A stretch of 63,515 bases of DNA, counting the filler, from Sphacelaria rigidula (taxonomy: Eukaryota), in assembly GCA_964200075.2 (NCBI GenBank). It is 8 parts of 8 records of this genome, joined end to end, with 100 filler letters (N's around TTAATTAATTAA, not from the genome) between each part and the next. Parts side by side here need not be neighbours in the genome. Positions count along the whole stretch, not along the records: positions 7,953 to 15,804 come from CAXNAA020013224.1; positions 15,905 to 23,756 come from CAXNAA020013225.1; positions 23,857 to 31,708 come from CAXNAA020013226.1; 5 more parts are not named here. One strand, 5' to 3'. This document shows positions 12,252 to 24,775 of the stretch, one piece after another. The position numbers and the translations under genes were made by a program. Position 1 is the stretch's first letter. Every line of letters begins with the position of its first letter. The notes under the pieces are model-generated. The model was not told the origin of the DNA and did no database searches. It was given only the letters and a program-made list of their open reading frames with translations.

Positions 12252-12351
12252 GTGAGTTCAGCTGTTTGCTCTCATTGAAAAACTACTGGAGTAGCGGATA
12301 TTTTGAGAACCATTTCATGAATGTTCGTTCTCCCATACTTGTCTACGGTAA

Positions 12352-12536
12352 AGGCCTGTCTTGGCACATGGGTTTTCGATCGAAAAAGTGAGGTGGAAAA
12401 CAAAAATCTTGATCTGATCAGTCGTAATTTCAACCATCGTCTATTTGACGATGGTTGAAATCATGACCTATCAGATGAAGATTTTTGTTTTCCACCGCAC
12501 TCTTTCGAACGAAAACCCGTGCGCTAAGATAGGCCT
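12352..12536. repeat. 185-nt ungapped imperfect palindrome (hairpin)
   Basis: Arms 12352-12441 and 12447-12536 are reverse complementary around a TATTT loop. Confidence 0.9.
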
Positions 12537-12549
12537 CAACTCTTTTGGG

Positions 12550-13911
12550 CAGTGTTGAAAATCGGACCGAGAATGAAGCTCGATAGATGTTTTTAGAACA
12601 TCGAACCACAACCGCCGATATCGGTATTTTTGTCGATATTCCGGAAATGACACGATACGTATCGAATATCGATATTCTTTACGACATGGCTATTTTGATG
12701 TGGCCGCAGTGTACAAGACCGAGCGGTACACTGGCACTGACCCTCTCTCACTATTGTAGGTCGCTCAAGATACCACATCCTTTAGACAGCTTTTCTAAGC
12801 TAACTTACTCCTCACCAGAAGCGATGCCAGGGCTGAACTGGGCGGCGTTGCAACAATGTCGTCGAGAGAAAGTGATCGAGCTTTGAAATTCGCTCCTGAG
12901 GGTGTGGTATCTCAAAGAACCTACGGTAGTTTTCAGCAGACAGCAGTGGTCACGAGATGATATACAGCAGCAGAGGGTAGTGTGCAAATTGACATCATAG
13001 CATCGGTGGCATGCGGTGATACAGCTGTCTTGCGAATATCTTTCGTCATCGTGCAAGATGTATTATAGTTGATCACAGCGGGCCGGTGTGGTATTGGTTA
13101 TACTTCATTTCTACAGTCACCGCTCTTCCGTGTGTTTCGATCGAATGAGCGCATGCCTCGACTCTGCTCATTCATTAGGGAAGGAAAAGGTGTCAAAACG
13201 AACATGCGCACACTCAAATGCGAGCTCTTTTTTTCCCCGTTTTTCGCCACCAGTAACAGGAAACGTCGGCAGCACGCGTCAAGTTTTAATTTTTGGATGC
13301 GAATATACATATATATATATATTCGTGTGTCACCAACCAAGAGGAAGAAACCACTAAGCTTGCAACAATCAGAATGTAAAGAGTAATGGATGGAGGGGAA
13401 AATGAATCCAACACTCGTCAAACACGAAGGAAAGGCGAAGCGACAGTTCCATCTCCTCATACCCCGAACTACGGCTGTTTTCTGCTGTTATCTGCAGCTT
13501 TGCATTGATCGTGACCTCATATCTACTCAGCCACGCCACCCGTACGTTGCCATTGGTATACACCTCCGCTGAATCATATAACTAAACTCTAAACACGCAA
13601 GGCACCAGCGGTTACTCTGGCGCCTCTTATCCTACGAGTAGGTATTCATCAATTTGCACACCGTGCAACCGCTCTACAGCTATACTCGCAAGGGCAACTT
13701 GTAAACCCTGCGCTTGATGTGACCACGGTTTCGAGAAATTGAGCTGATGTGACGAAAAATAAAACAATATCGAGGATATCGATATTCGATATTGATGTTC
13801 GATATTGGTAAATATCCCATTTATCGGTTTTCTACGCTCCGATACCGATATGGCATATCGCCGATATTTTTCGAAATCATATCGATTATCGATATTCGAT
13901 GTGCAACACTG
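12550..13911. mobile_element. Non-autonomous hAT-like DNA transposon (1362 bp)
   Basis: TIRs CAGTGTTGAAAATCG / CAGTGTTGCACATCG (13/15); exact 8-bp TSD CTTTTGGG at 12542-12549 and 13912-13919; subterminal CGATAT/ATATCG motif clusters at both ends. Confidence 0.9.
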
Positions 13912-15904
13912 CTTTTGGGACCGGACCCCCACTAACTCAGGGTTGATCCCGTGTCAGTGAAATAATAGAAAAAGTCTTCGAGCGACCTGCCCAATCACGA
14001 CGAGGCGAAAATTATCGACCAGACCCGAACGACCAGCGCAGGGATTGTTGTCGAGTGTGGGGGCCCTGTCCCTGGCTCACACAAGCCTTTCCAGGTTTCC
14101 GAGTGCAGGATGGTCGCGGCTTGGTTTTATGATATTGCTTGCACTCAGTATACTGTTCCCGAGTTTTTTCGGAGTGTTTTCTGGGTCCCAATTTTATACT
14201 ACAACGTAGTAATTTACACTAACACAGGGTGGGCCGGAAAAAACCGGGAAGAAATGTACATGCCACCATGTGGTCATTTTCACGAGGCACAAAATCCAGG
14301 TGGGCTGTGGAAAGACAAAGGGGGCTACCGTCATGATTTTTGCGTATCCCTTTGCGGATGACTTGCAGTGTGCAGTCCACATGTGTGTTGTGGACGGGGA
14401 TGACAACGCTGTATGTAGGCAGCTGATTTCAGTAGCTGAAAATTGCCCACAACGTACGAGGGAGTATGTAGCGACAGCTGCTGCTTCAGTCGGAGAGGCA
14501 TACTAGACAGTACTGTACTATACTGTTGTAAGCATGCGCACCGCAACGCTCTTGACTTTGAAAGAGAATTTGCCGCATGCAACAAGGCGGGAAATGTCGG
14601 CCCACCTCGACCACAAAGGGCTGTGTGACAAGGTGATGAAGACAAAAGTAACATCCAAAGCCACAAGTGGCGGGCGGCCCGCCGGTCGTCGCATCCTGTT
14701 GGAAGCTCTTTATCACGACCCATACTGCTTGCTACATAGGAGGTACGCCACCTAATGCACAACCTGCACATGAAAATAGATTGGAACCCTCGGTCTTGGT
14801 CATAACCCTGCGGTTACATACGCGGGTTTTCAGCAACATGCCACTGTTTCGTGCAGACGCCATACACGTCATTCCTGACCAGCCTCATTGGTCGTTGTGG
14901 AGGCCCGGTCCCAAAAGGGTTAAGTTCGCTTCTTTTACTCCGGAACACAAATTCTTCTCTGCAAATCCTGGAAAGTGCCTGCTTGATCCTTCCCCGTAGT
15001 GTTTTCACCCGAGAGAATGTCGGGCGAATGTCAACAACCGGGGGCAACTTGTTGCACCATTCGAGAGGGCTCCGGGCGTACTTCGGCATTATCTGTTGCT
15101 CGCAATTCGGCTTTGGAGCTGGTGAAGCCACTGCGCGCACTGAAGCAACGGAATAAATCAGAGTTTTTGTGACCTTACACTGCGTGTACAACAATCTGCT
15201 TGTACAACCACAGCTTGAACTACGCCCTGCGGAAGCCGTGAAGGTGTTTGAAAACATTAGCAGTCAGCAGGGAAAGTCCTTCAGAGGCAAAAAAATCCGC
15301 ATAGCTATCTGCACGGGTTCAGAATGACAACGGGGTCAAAACGGCGTCTACCCCGAGATATTCTGTTTTGCTGTTTTATTTTTCAACCCCTCCTTTTCCT
15401 CTGAACACGTCCATGGTCTGAAGTGGAGGTATGAACCCCTCGCTCCTCCTGTGCATGTCAGTCCTTCTAGTAGCACGGATGAGTTCAACACTTCCGCAAC
15501 CGCACCGACACGCCAATATACTCTTCATAAAAATATACCAGTATCTTTTCGACCTTATTCCGCGTGTCCCGTCATCCCTTCCACGGTAACGTACTTTTTT
15601 GCGAAACGTTCAGGTATATATCGAAACCATTTCCCAGCCTTCGTTTCGTATATGCTTGTGCCGAGAACACACTTCACGAGTAGTCCAACGGAAAGACTGA
15701 CTGAGCCAACATACGGCACCAGAGTGTGGAATACGACACAACTGGAACGAACCCCCCCCCAGTACCACACTAAAATGACTCCCCAAAAAGACGTGTGTTC
15801 ACTTNNNNNNNNNNNNNNNNNNNNNNNNNNNNNNNNNNNNNNNNNNNNTTAATTAATTAANNNNNNNNNNNNNNNNNNNNNNNNNNNNNNNNNNNNNNNN
15901 NNNN

Positions 15905-18100
15905 GACTATCTCGAGCACTGCCGCGAAGAAGATGTTGAACAGTAGGTGAGATAGTACACATCCTTGTCGCAGTTCCTGTGTGACTTCAAACCACTCCGA
16001 GAGCTCCTCGTTGTCCACGCGTACGCGGGCCTGCATACCGTCGTGGAATTGGCAGATAACTGCTATCATCTCATCCGGAATACCAGCTCGGGCTAGTACC
16101 TGCCACAGAAGCTCTCGGTCGACCGAGTCATATGCCTTCTGGAAGTCGACGAAGCACATGTACAGCGATATTTTCCGCCGCCGTCTCAGCTCCTGGAGTC
16201 GGCGCACTACGAACAGCATGTCGACGGCGGATCGGTCAGATCGGAAGCCGCACTGTTCCTCCGGTAATATCCCGTGCGTTCCGCAGTAGTCACTGAGGCG
16301 GTTGGCCACTATCTTCAGGAGCACTTTCCCTGCGTGCGATACCAGAGAGATCACCCTGTGGTTATTGCAGTTGGACCGGTCCAATTTCTTGTACAGCACC
16401 TTGATGGTTGCATCTTTCCGCTCCTGCGGGACCTTCCCTCCGTTCCACATCTCGACGAGAATAGTATGGAAGCGTTCGAGGACGATGGGCTCGGCGCGGT
16501 CGTCGATCTTGAGTAGCTCCACAGGGAGGGAGGCATGTCCAGATGTTTTACAGTTGTGCATCTCCCGGATTGCTCGTCTGTTTTCCTCTAGTGTTGGTGC
16601 TGCCCCGAGCGGTACTGAATCCCCGGTGGTTGACGCTGCTGGTCGCTGCTTCACCTCCTCGATGATGGCTGGGTTCAGCGTGGGCGATTTGGCGTTAAGC
16701 AAGGGGCGGAAGAATCTTGCCCACCGTCTAAGGATGGCAATTTTGTTCCTCAGTAGGGCGCTGTTCTCGTCCTTTATGAACTGCTGCCCCCCGGATTGTT
16801 TTCCACCAAGACCCACCGATTTCTTGAGGTGTTTGTACAGGCCTCTCATGTCGCGATCTTTGTAGATCGCTTGTAGCCTTGCCACATACCTCTCCAGATG
16901 TGCATTGATGCCGCCATCGATTGCTGTACGCACGTTCGTACACGCGGCTCTGAGTGCATTCCACGATGCTGGGGTCCGGTGATGCTTCATCAGTTGGCGT
17001 GTCTCCCGTCGTTTGGCGAGCGCTGCTTCCACTGTTGCTCTCGTGCCGGGGTTTTCACACCATTCCGGCATACGTGGTATCCATGCCTCTTCCGGGAGTA
17101 CTGTCTGCGCTACTTCGAGGATAGCTTCGGTAAACACCTTCGCGGCCGCCGGTGCGGTGATGATTGACTGGTATTTTTGCTCGGCGAGTTATGTAGGAAC
17201 CTCTCGGTCACGTACCACCTTGCCATTTTGGTCTGCAGCTGCTATCGGCCGAATTGCCGCTGCTTCGACTTGGTGCGTACTTGGCGGTTGTGGGCAAGGC
17301 GGCCACCGAGATCGACAGTGGCCACCACCATGTTGTGGTCCGAGTCCGCTTTAGCCGGGGGTGCGGATTGGGGGTGTACGACCATGTTGCGCGCTCTACC
17401 TCGGTGTGCCTGCCGGGTAAGGATGTAGTCTATGCGCTTGAAGTCGCTCGCGCGATTCCCCACAATACCGTTGTATGTGTGCGAGATTCCGCCTTTACGT
17501 GTGCTAAAGAAGGTGTTCGTGATGGCTGGTTTGCTGTCGGTTGCGAACGTTAGCAAAAGTTTGCCGTTATCGTTCAGCTCATCACGTCCGTAGGCGTCTA
17601 GAACACCTTCGTCCTCTAAGCCCTCTCCTACTTTGTCCCCCGTCCGCGCGTTAGCATCCATCAATACATACACACATTCCTTCGACGGGATTCGCTGTAC
17701 GAAATCGTCAAGCCCATCCCAGAACGCTTGCTTCGTTTTGTTCTTGGCGACTTCAGTTGGTGCATATGCAGCTACGAATTGATCGCTCCACTCCGCCCCG
17801 ATATTTCAAATCGCATTGCCATGAGGCGCTTGTCAACGTACTCAGCGGTATAGTTGGCGTTAGTGCAAATCGATTCTTTCACGGCTATTCCCACACCGTA
17901 TTGCCCACCTGACTCGCTCCCTCAGCAGAAGACTCTGAACCCTGCTGCTGTACAATCTGTTCGCCCCAACCTTCGTGTCTCCTGCAGTCCTACCACCGAG
18001 ATGTCAAGGCTCGCAGCCTCGCACAAGACGCTGTTGTCTCACCCACACTCGTTGGCCCCTTTCACAGCTAGAGTTCTGATTTGTAAGTGGCTACCTTAGC
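15905..18100 (-). mobile_element. RTE-clade LINE, decayed: APE endonuclease plus reverse transcriptase (cut by contig end); probable 5' UTR extends to about 18960
   Basis: APE motifs VATY, GLQETR, MDANARTG, IDYIL, SDH; RT motifs [48 protein letters not shown]; frameshifts between domains. Confidence 0.93.
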
Positions 18101-21100
18101 AGGTTGACTCCTCTGTCTCGCCCGGGCTACTCGTGCTGCTTTCCTAGCAAGACTCCGCCCCGTCTGGCCCCTCCTCCTCTTTTTCCTGCCCTTCTTTTAT
18201 TTTTATTTTTTTATCGTGTTTTGGACTCTCTAGCTCTTGCTAGCCCGGTGCTCGTCTTTTATCACAGGCAGGTGCAACTTTCCTGCTCTGTCCGATTCTA
18301 CTCCTTCCTCCCTCCTGGTGTGCGTACCCACGCGATATGCTGCCCCTCCATTCCTGTCTAGGCTGTCCCCACTGCGCTCTCCGCTGCTGCATAGCCCCGG
18401 TGTCCAGACCAGTGCTTTGGCGTTCAGCCGCATGACGCTGCCGAGTTGTTCCGAAACGAAGCACACGCCACTCTCGTGATCGTGGTGCCTCTTATCTTCC
18501 TAACTTAGTCTTCCCGTCGATACGAGGCTCGGGCTCGTGTCTCCGCCGTCGTTGGATGATCTTTGGATGGTGGTCTAAGATCACAGGCGGACTTCTGCCC
18601 ACCCCAGTATGGGCAGTCAGGGAAGGGGATGGTATCTGACAAGTTTAGTGCGATATGAGTTACAATGTGTCGCACGACCCCTGTATCTCCTATCGCCCCA
18701 AACTCAGAGTCCACGTCGACACGATGCTCGGATTCGTGTCCCTTGCCTTTCCCTGCTCCGCCCTCGTTGGTTTGGTGGTCTTTGTGTGTGTTCTAAGATC
18801 ACTAGCGGTCCTCGGTTTCCCCCCGCGGAGAGCAGGCCAGGAGGAAGGGAAGGTGGGTGTGCTGAATGTTATTCAACACCTACCGAGGCCTATGCTGTAC
18901 TAGACGCTTCCGTTCCCCTTTACCCTTTGTCACAACACAGCGTCCTACACACCGAACTTGCTTGAGATGGTCGCTTCACAAGCGGCACAAACGCAGTCTA
19001 TAGTACATGCTGTACCTTCAAGCATACAGCCTGTACTGTACTGTGATGCTGGAAACCTGTGCGGTATTAGTGTGAAATGTGACACCTGCCAATGCTGTCA
19101 TGTATGGTGTATACATATTTGATTGTACTCTTCGACGTCGTGTCTTACTTGATCTTGTCTGTGCTGCACAGCCCCTATTATTTGTATACCACCGTACACG
19201 TGACCTTAACGTTCAGTATTGTATCGTATGTTTTATGGTACGATACGATACCGCGCCGTACTAGGTCCTGCTGTCTTTGCTACGTGGTCTGTACTGTACT
19301 GTGGATATGATAATGTTTTAGGTTGCGTGTGTACTTCGATTGCCCGCCTGTACTGCATGTCACCCCGAAACCTCCCACCTCAGCTAATTGCAGCGGACTT
19401 CATGATAGTGCCGACAGATACACCGTCGGTTGAGCTGCTATACTATGGGAAAGTGTGTCGGGATTTTGCCCACGTGCAACTGCAAACCGCGCTAGTTGAT
19501 TTTTCCAAGTTTGCAAAACCTTCCCAAGTCCTCAAAACAGAACTTGGCGGGTTGGCGTCGCTATTGCAACTACTCGCGAGTACAGCATCATTTCCATGGC
19601 GGCATCGTTAAAACTTCGGCATCTCTGTACAGACAGTACTATATCAAAACAACCGCTTTATGCCAGGCGCTCTTTCGACTGTGTTGTACAACCTCAACTG
19701 TCCTTTTTTTCTTAGATTGCTTCAATCCTTTATCAATCATTCCCTACATTCACCTCGCCCCAACAACAAATTAGCTTGGTGACAGGCCGGGTTGATGTGC
19801 GGTGTGCGCTGAGCTGCATGGCGAATGATTCGTCGTCTGCAGCCAGTCCCTGACACTCAGACTCCTACGAGAACAGCGGAACCCCTCAAGACGTTTTCTT
19901 ACCTTCTTGCCTTATTTATTCAATTTTCAGCAGCACGAATGCGTCCCACTGTCCGTCTCGCTGGCTGAAATAGATCACATATGGAGTGAGTCAGTCGTTT
20001 AGGTCATATTTCCAGCGGTGGGAGCAACCCCCGACGTGTTCACCAGTCGATTCCTTTCTTGGCGTTTTGCACCAGGAATTTCATGGTAAGCAGATCAAGT
20101 CACCACGAACCATTCCGAAATTATCGATGTGAACCCGATACGGCGACCCCCTCATTCGGACTGACTTGATCCGCCCCTGTAAGGGCACATATCATTGTTG
20201 TGGCGTCTGGTTTAATGAACATATAAGGTATTCCAAAGACGATTGCATGCCCAAATATATAATGCGCACCTGTCGAATGTTTTTGCAAATGCGTCTGGTG
20301 TGCTCCAACCATTCATTTTCTTTGAACCAACTTCTCAAAATGTTGACATACCTGGCAAACGCCTATGCGTCGATACCGGCGCCCTCAACCTCGCGACTCG
20401 CGCGGTTCAGACAATCGCCCCCGATTCGACATTGTAACTACGGTAGTTATCACGGAATTCTCAACCAACAGTGCAATCAGTCGTCTTTGTAGGCTCGGAC
20501 CGCTAACGCTTTCGGCCCAACCCTGTTCACATCCCAATCTCGCGTCGTTTACCCGCATGCACAGGGTCAACCGTGAGACGTGAGACGTCCCGTCATGATT
20601 GGACCTTACAAAGGGGCTGAGCCCCGCCAGATTAGTTTATGTCCTTCCACTGATGCTATACGCGACATTTGACGACGTTTTGGAAATGTACCGAACCCCG
20701 CGTTTTCAAATGAGCATACTTTGGGGTGATCCAGAGTGTACGACTGCTTCAAAATTAGGCCGTCGTCCTCTGCTTGTCTTGAGTACACTTCACGTTCATT
20801 TCCCATTGCCTGCCACGGGCTCATAGTCGGGAACCAACGATTGTCGGCAAAACGCCGCGGAAGTGCCCTTTCCTTTTCTTTCACTCGGCCAGTATACACA
20901 CACCACAAAACTAAAGTCAATGTTGGCGAGCACGGGTTCAGGTCTGTGACGCGGGAATGCTCGGTAGGATCAGATTATCATGATGAGCTCCATGGCAGCA
21001 GAATCCCATGCACCATTGCATGGCTACCGATTGAGCAGTGATTAGCCCCAACATTTTATTTCTAGAGATTTATACCCAGTTCTACCTCCAAGTCGTAGTA

Positions 21101-22369
21101 ATCATAGCAACTTGGATCCTTTCCCCTCGCGGGATCGGTAGTCATGTAGCGGAAGTCCTATCGCATCCGAAGCACGATCATCTTTTGGTGCGCTAGCTGT
21201 TGCCCCTGCGACCGTTCATCGTAGGATACAAGCAAACATAAGGCCACACACCAGCCCCCAGAACGGCTTAGGTAAGAAGCCCACCCTTGTTGCACCCACG
21301 AGCGAAATTACGCCGGAGCCCGGTCCCCTTTTATTTGGGGAGTGTAATGTTTCGTACACGGAGCGCAACCGTATCGAACCCTGTTTTGCCGCTCAGGGGG
21401 TTGGGAAGGAATCCCAAGCAACAGCGCCGGTGGAGCGCCATGACCGTGACCGAGGGCGGACTGTCCTCGACCACTTTCCAATAGCCCCCGAAGCGGCCGA
21501 ACCTTTGGTACGCTATAAACGTCACCCTGGGCGGGCTTTCTCCGGATGACCCTGTAGATATCCCTGATGGCGCAGTTGTATCCATCCACCAATATTGTGA
21601 GCGGGTGTGGGCTGCATTAGATGAAAGCTGTACAGTCGATCTGGCCGTTGTTTCCCAATTTTGAACAGATCAACACTGCTCCTTACCGACCCCTCAAACA
21701 CCATGCTAGAACCCACCATAACAATTGCTTTATCATCTCTTGGGACAGAAACCTCGGTGCCAACTGGGCGTTCGTCCCTCGTCATGAACACCCTCCGTTT
21801 GTGTCTTAATCACAAGGAAAACATAGAGTAGTGACCGACGAGCCGTCCACGCCTGACCGGTCGTCCACCAACGTCGGCCGCACCTAACACGGGTAGCGAG
21901 TCGAATGGTATAGCCAAATCACCTCCGCCCCATGCCGGATTATCCCCTCGTTTGCCCGTACTGGATGCTGTAACCTCCCCCAGCTTCGCCAACTGACACT
22001 TCGCTACATGTTACGGCCGACCGAGGTATCCCAAAACAAGCGAAACAGTTGTTGCATCTATCCTCGACAACTGCCCTTCCCAGGCATCGTCCATCCATTA
22101 CAGTACCCGTAATTCAACACCCGACGGATTCACCGACGACCGTGAAAGACACTCCGTGCCTCGACCAATCTCTTGACCGAAACCTTGTCCCGAAGGATCA
22201 TCAGCGTGAGTATTTTAGTATCGCCGCTGACAGTCACAAACAAGGTTTGTTCACAGATTTCTTACCAAAATTTGGGCCGGATCTAGTCATTTGAACTGCA
22301 ATCATTTACGATGTCTCCTTCACAACGAAAATAGTTGTACATAGTGGAATAAGTGCTATATGTCCTTCA

Positions 22370-23475
22370 ATGGCTCTTGCATTGCTCGATTCAGGCTCGC
22401 CTCAAACGTTCATCACAGCCAGCTGCTGGAAACAAATGATGAACGCTGAGGCGGTGGACATGCAGTGCGTTTCTACTTTTCCCCCTCGTGTTTTTGGTGG
22501 GTTTGGTCCCCCCACTTCACCTACGGTTGATCGATAAGTGAGGCTTAGTGCACAGTTTTTTGGTGACACGGGTCCGACTGCTCGATTATCCGTGTGGGAA
22601 TTCATAGTGCCCGATGGTTCTATGTCGGTTGATGTTTTGTTGGGGCGTGACTGTTGGGCACGGTTTTCTTCTCATACATACAAGCCGTACACACCTGTTT
22701 TGGACCGTCCCACGACTGGCAGATTGAAAGTGGGACATCACGACATTGATTTGGGGGTTCATGCCTACAATAGTGGGCGGTCTAACTATTCAGGGGTGTT
22801 TTGGGGGTTTCCTCGCGTACTACTGTTCGAAAGAACTCGAAATTGCTAGCGTAGGTAAATTTTGGCACACTGAGCAGACCATCCTCGGAACACAGTGCCC
22901 AAGTCAGTGTTAGTTAGTGCTATCGGGCGATACGAGTAAATACCCCGTTCATCAGGAGGGTGTTATTGACCGTGAGACATTTTGTTTCGGCTCTAGTGCA
23001 ATTAGTAAATAGAACTTCACAGAAATGAAACTGAACATTTCTTTTCAAATATGATCGAGACAAGGTTGATTGATCGATACTACCGAAAGGGAAGAATCTG
23101 GGCTAAAGCTTGACAGGACCCCCGATGACCGGTCAGCCCGTAAGTCACTTAATATTGAGTACAGAAGATTGATCTTTCTTGGAATGTGGAGCGGATACAC
23201 ATACCTTCAGATCTCCAACGTGATAAGCGGTGATGAGCGAAAAGCGCCCCAGAAAATCGCCAACTACGAAAAAATCACAAAATGCCACAAAATGAATAGT
23301 TAGATCGCCCACTACTGTATGCCGATGATCCAACACACAGGTGATTCATTTCAACTGTGCTATGTTGGCAAAAACGTAGCTTCCCTTTCCCCTGGACCCT
23401 AACTCACACATTTGGACCTTGTGAGACGGACGGAATCCTCTGCCCTCACTGGAAAGTACTTGGTTGAAATAATCA
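22370..23475 (+). pseudogene. Gypsy-type aspartic protease/pol remnant, interrupted by a MITE
   Basis: ALLDSGSPQTFI ... in-frame stop ... DVLLGRDCW; coding-like sequence appears to resume after 23319. Confidence 0.7.
22768..23317. mobile_element. Tc1/mariner-type MITE (550 bp)
   Basis: 25-bp TIRs CA(A/G)TAGTGGGCG(G/A)TCTAACTATTCA with TA on both sides. Confidence 0.85.
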
Positions 23476-23856
23476 AGGGCAATGGCCTGGAAAAGGTATA
23501 CCTTCTCGTTTTTTGCCTAGGAGAGGTACGAAAAATGACCAGAAACGCGAAAACAGCCAAATACGCCATTTTGACCGTTTTCGCTCCGGAGTTTTCACGC
23601 AAATCGTTCGGCGGGACCATTGGCACCCGGGATTTGAACAAAAACAGATGAAAAACATGTTAGACGAGAGATATAGCCACGCGAAAACGGACATTTCGCC
23701 TCCAGAAAGCGCTCACCTTTTGTAGGCCACATTTCGCCGAGGTATACCTGATCAAGNNNNNNNNNNNNNNNNNNNNNNNNNNNNNNNNNNNNNNNNNNNN
23801 TTAATTAATTAANNNNNNNNNNNNNNNNNNNNNNNNNNNNNNNNNNNNNNNNNNNN

Positions 23857-24511
23857 TCCTCAATGAAAAGCACCATCCTCAACATAGATGATCGGCTGTT
23901 TCTATGCATTGTCCATACCAAATTTCAGGGTCCAACTCTAAATGTATAAAAGAGCATGGGCCTATCAAAAACCAGGTAGGTATAAATTCGGAACAGTATT
24001 TCGCAGGCCACTAACCGGCCCACGTTTGGTTTTCGTGTATTGAAATTTGGTGTGGGCGCTCTCTAAGGCATAATTAACAACACAAAGTGAGTCAGGTTGA
24101 TTTTTTCTAATTTTTTTCACTGGTTTAGGGCGTTCTACTATGGTAAAGACCATATTCCACGAGAACCCCCTAACCTCTATGAAAAAAAAAATGGGAGGCC
24201 CATATACATATTTTTACTCGGCAATCTTTTGTGGTTCTCCACACCAAAATTCGTTGCCATCCGCTGAATGCATCGATCGGGAGTTTCATGGAGATTTTAG
24301 TATTGGCGCTATCTCCCTTCGGTACGGGAATTACTAGACATGGGGTTTAATCAACGAGAAAATATGGGCCCAAACTTTTGAGCAGATGTGCACCTTCCCC
24401 TTGATTATTAGACGATTTGTACGATATGCGGATCACGGTCCAACTCGTCTGTGTCGATGAGATATTGCTTTTAGATAGAGCTGAAATCCGTTTTTAGGCT
24501 GGCCCAGCTCG
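23857..24511 (-). mobile_element. Arm of a TA-flanked non-autonomous DNA transposon (terminus CGAGCTGGGCCAGC)
   Basis: Reverse complement is homologous to 38561 onward; same terminus as the bounded element at 48534-49129. Confidence 0.75.
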
Positions 24512-24703
24512 TAACAGATTCCACTTCGAATGCAAGACAGAACACACGGTGGTCCTGTTGCTCGTGGACTTCACGTTTGGCGTCGCGGTGGAACAGGGAT
24601 GGTAGACAACATATGCCCTTGTCGCCACGATCCACCACAGGTGGTCAATATCACGCGATAAATTCCGATGGATATGAGCTTTCACATACACGAGAAGCCG
24701 ATT

Positions 24704-24775
24704 GCCCCGGTGGCTCAGTTGGTATCCTCAAAAGCTTCTGACGGCTGGGTGGAGGGAGGGTTCGAATCTCGGAGT
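24704..24775 (+). repeat. tRNA-derived SINE head / Pol III box pair (not an intact tRNA)
   Basis: A-box-like TGGCTCAGTTGG at 24711 and B-box-like GGTTCGAATC at 24759; no coherent anticodon or acceptor stem. Confidence 0.5.

Noticed and set aside
19800..22300. Gag/pol-like or other coding remnants
   Set aside because: Probably decayed TE sequence, but I could identify no diagnostic motif.
24704..24775. tRNA gene
   Set aside because: A and B boxes are present but there is no cloverleaf; treated as SINE-like.
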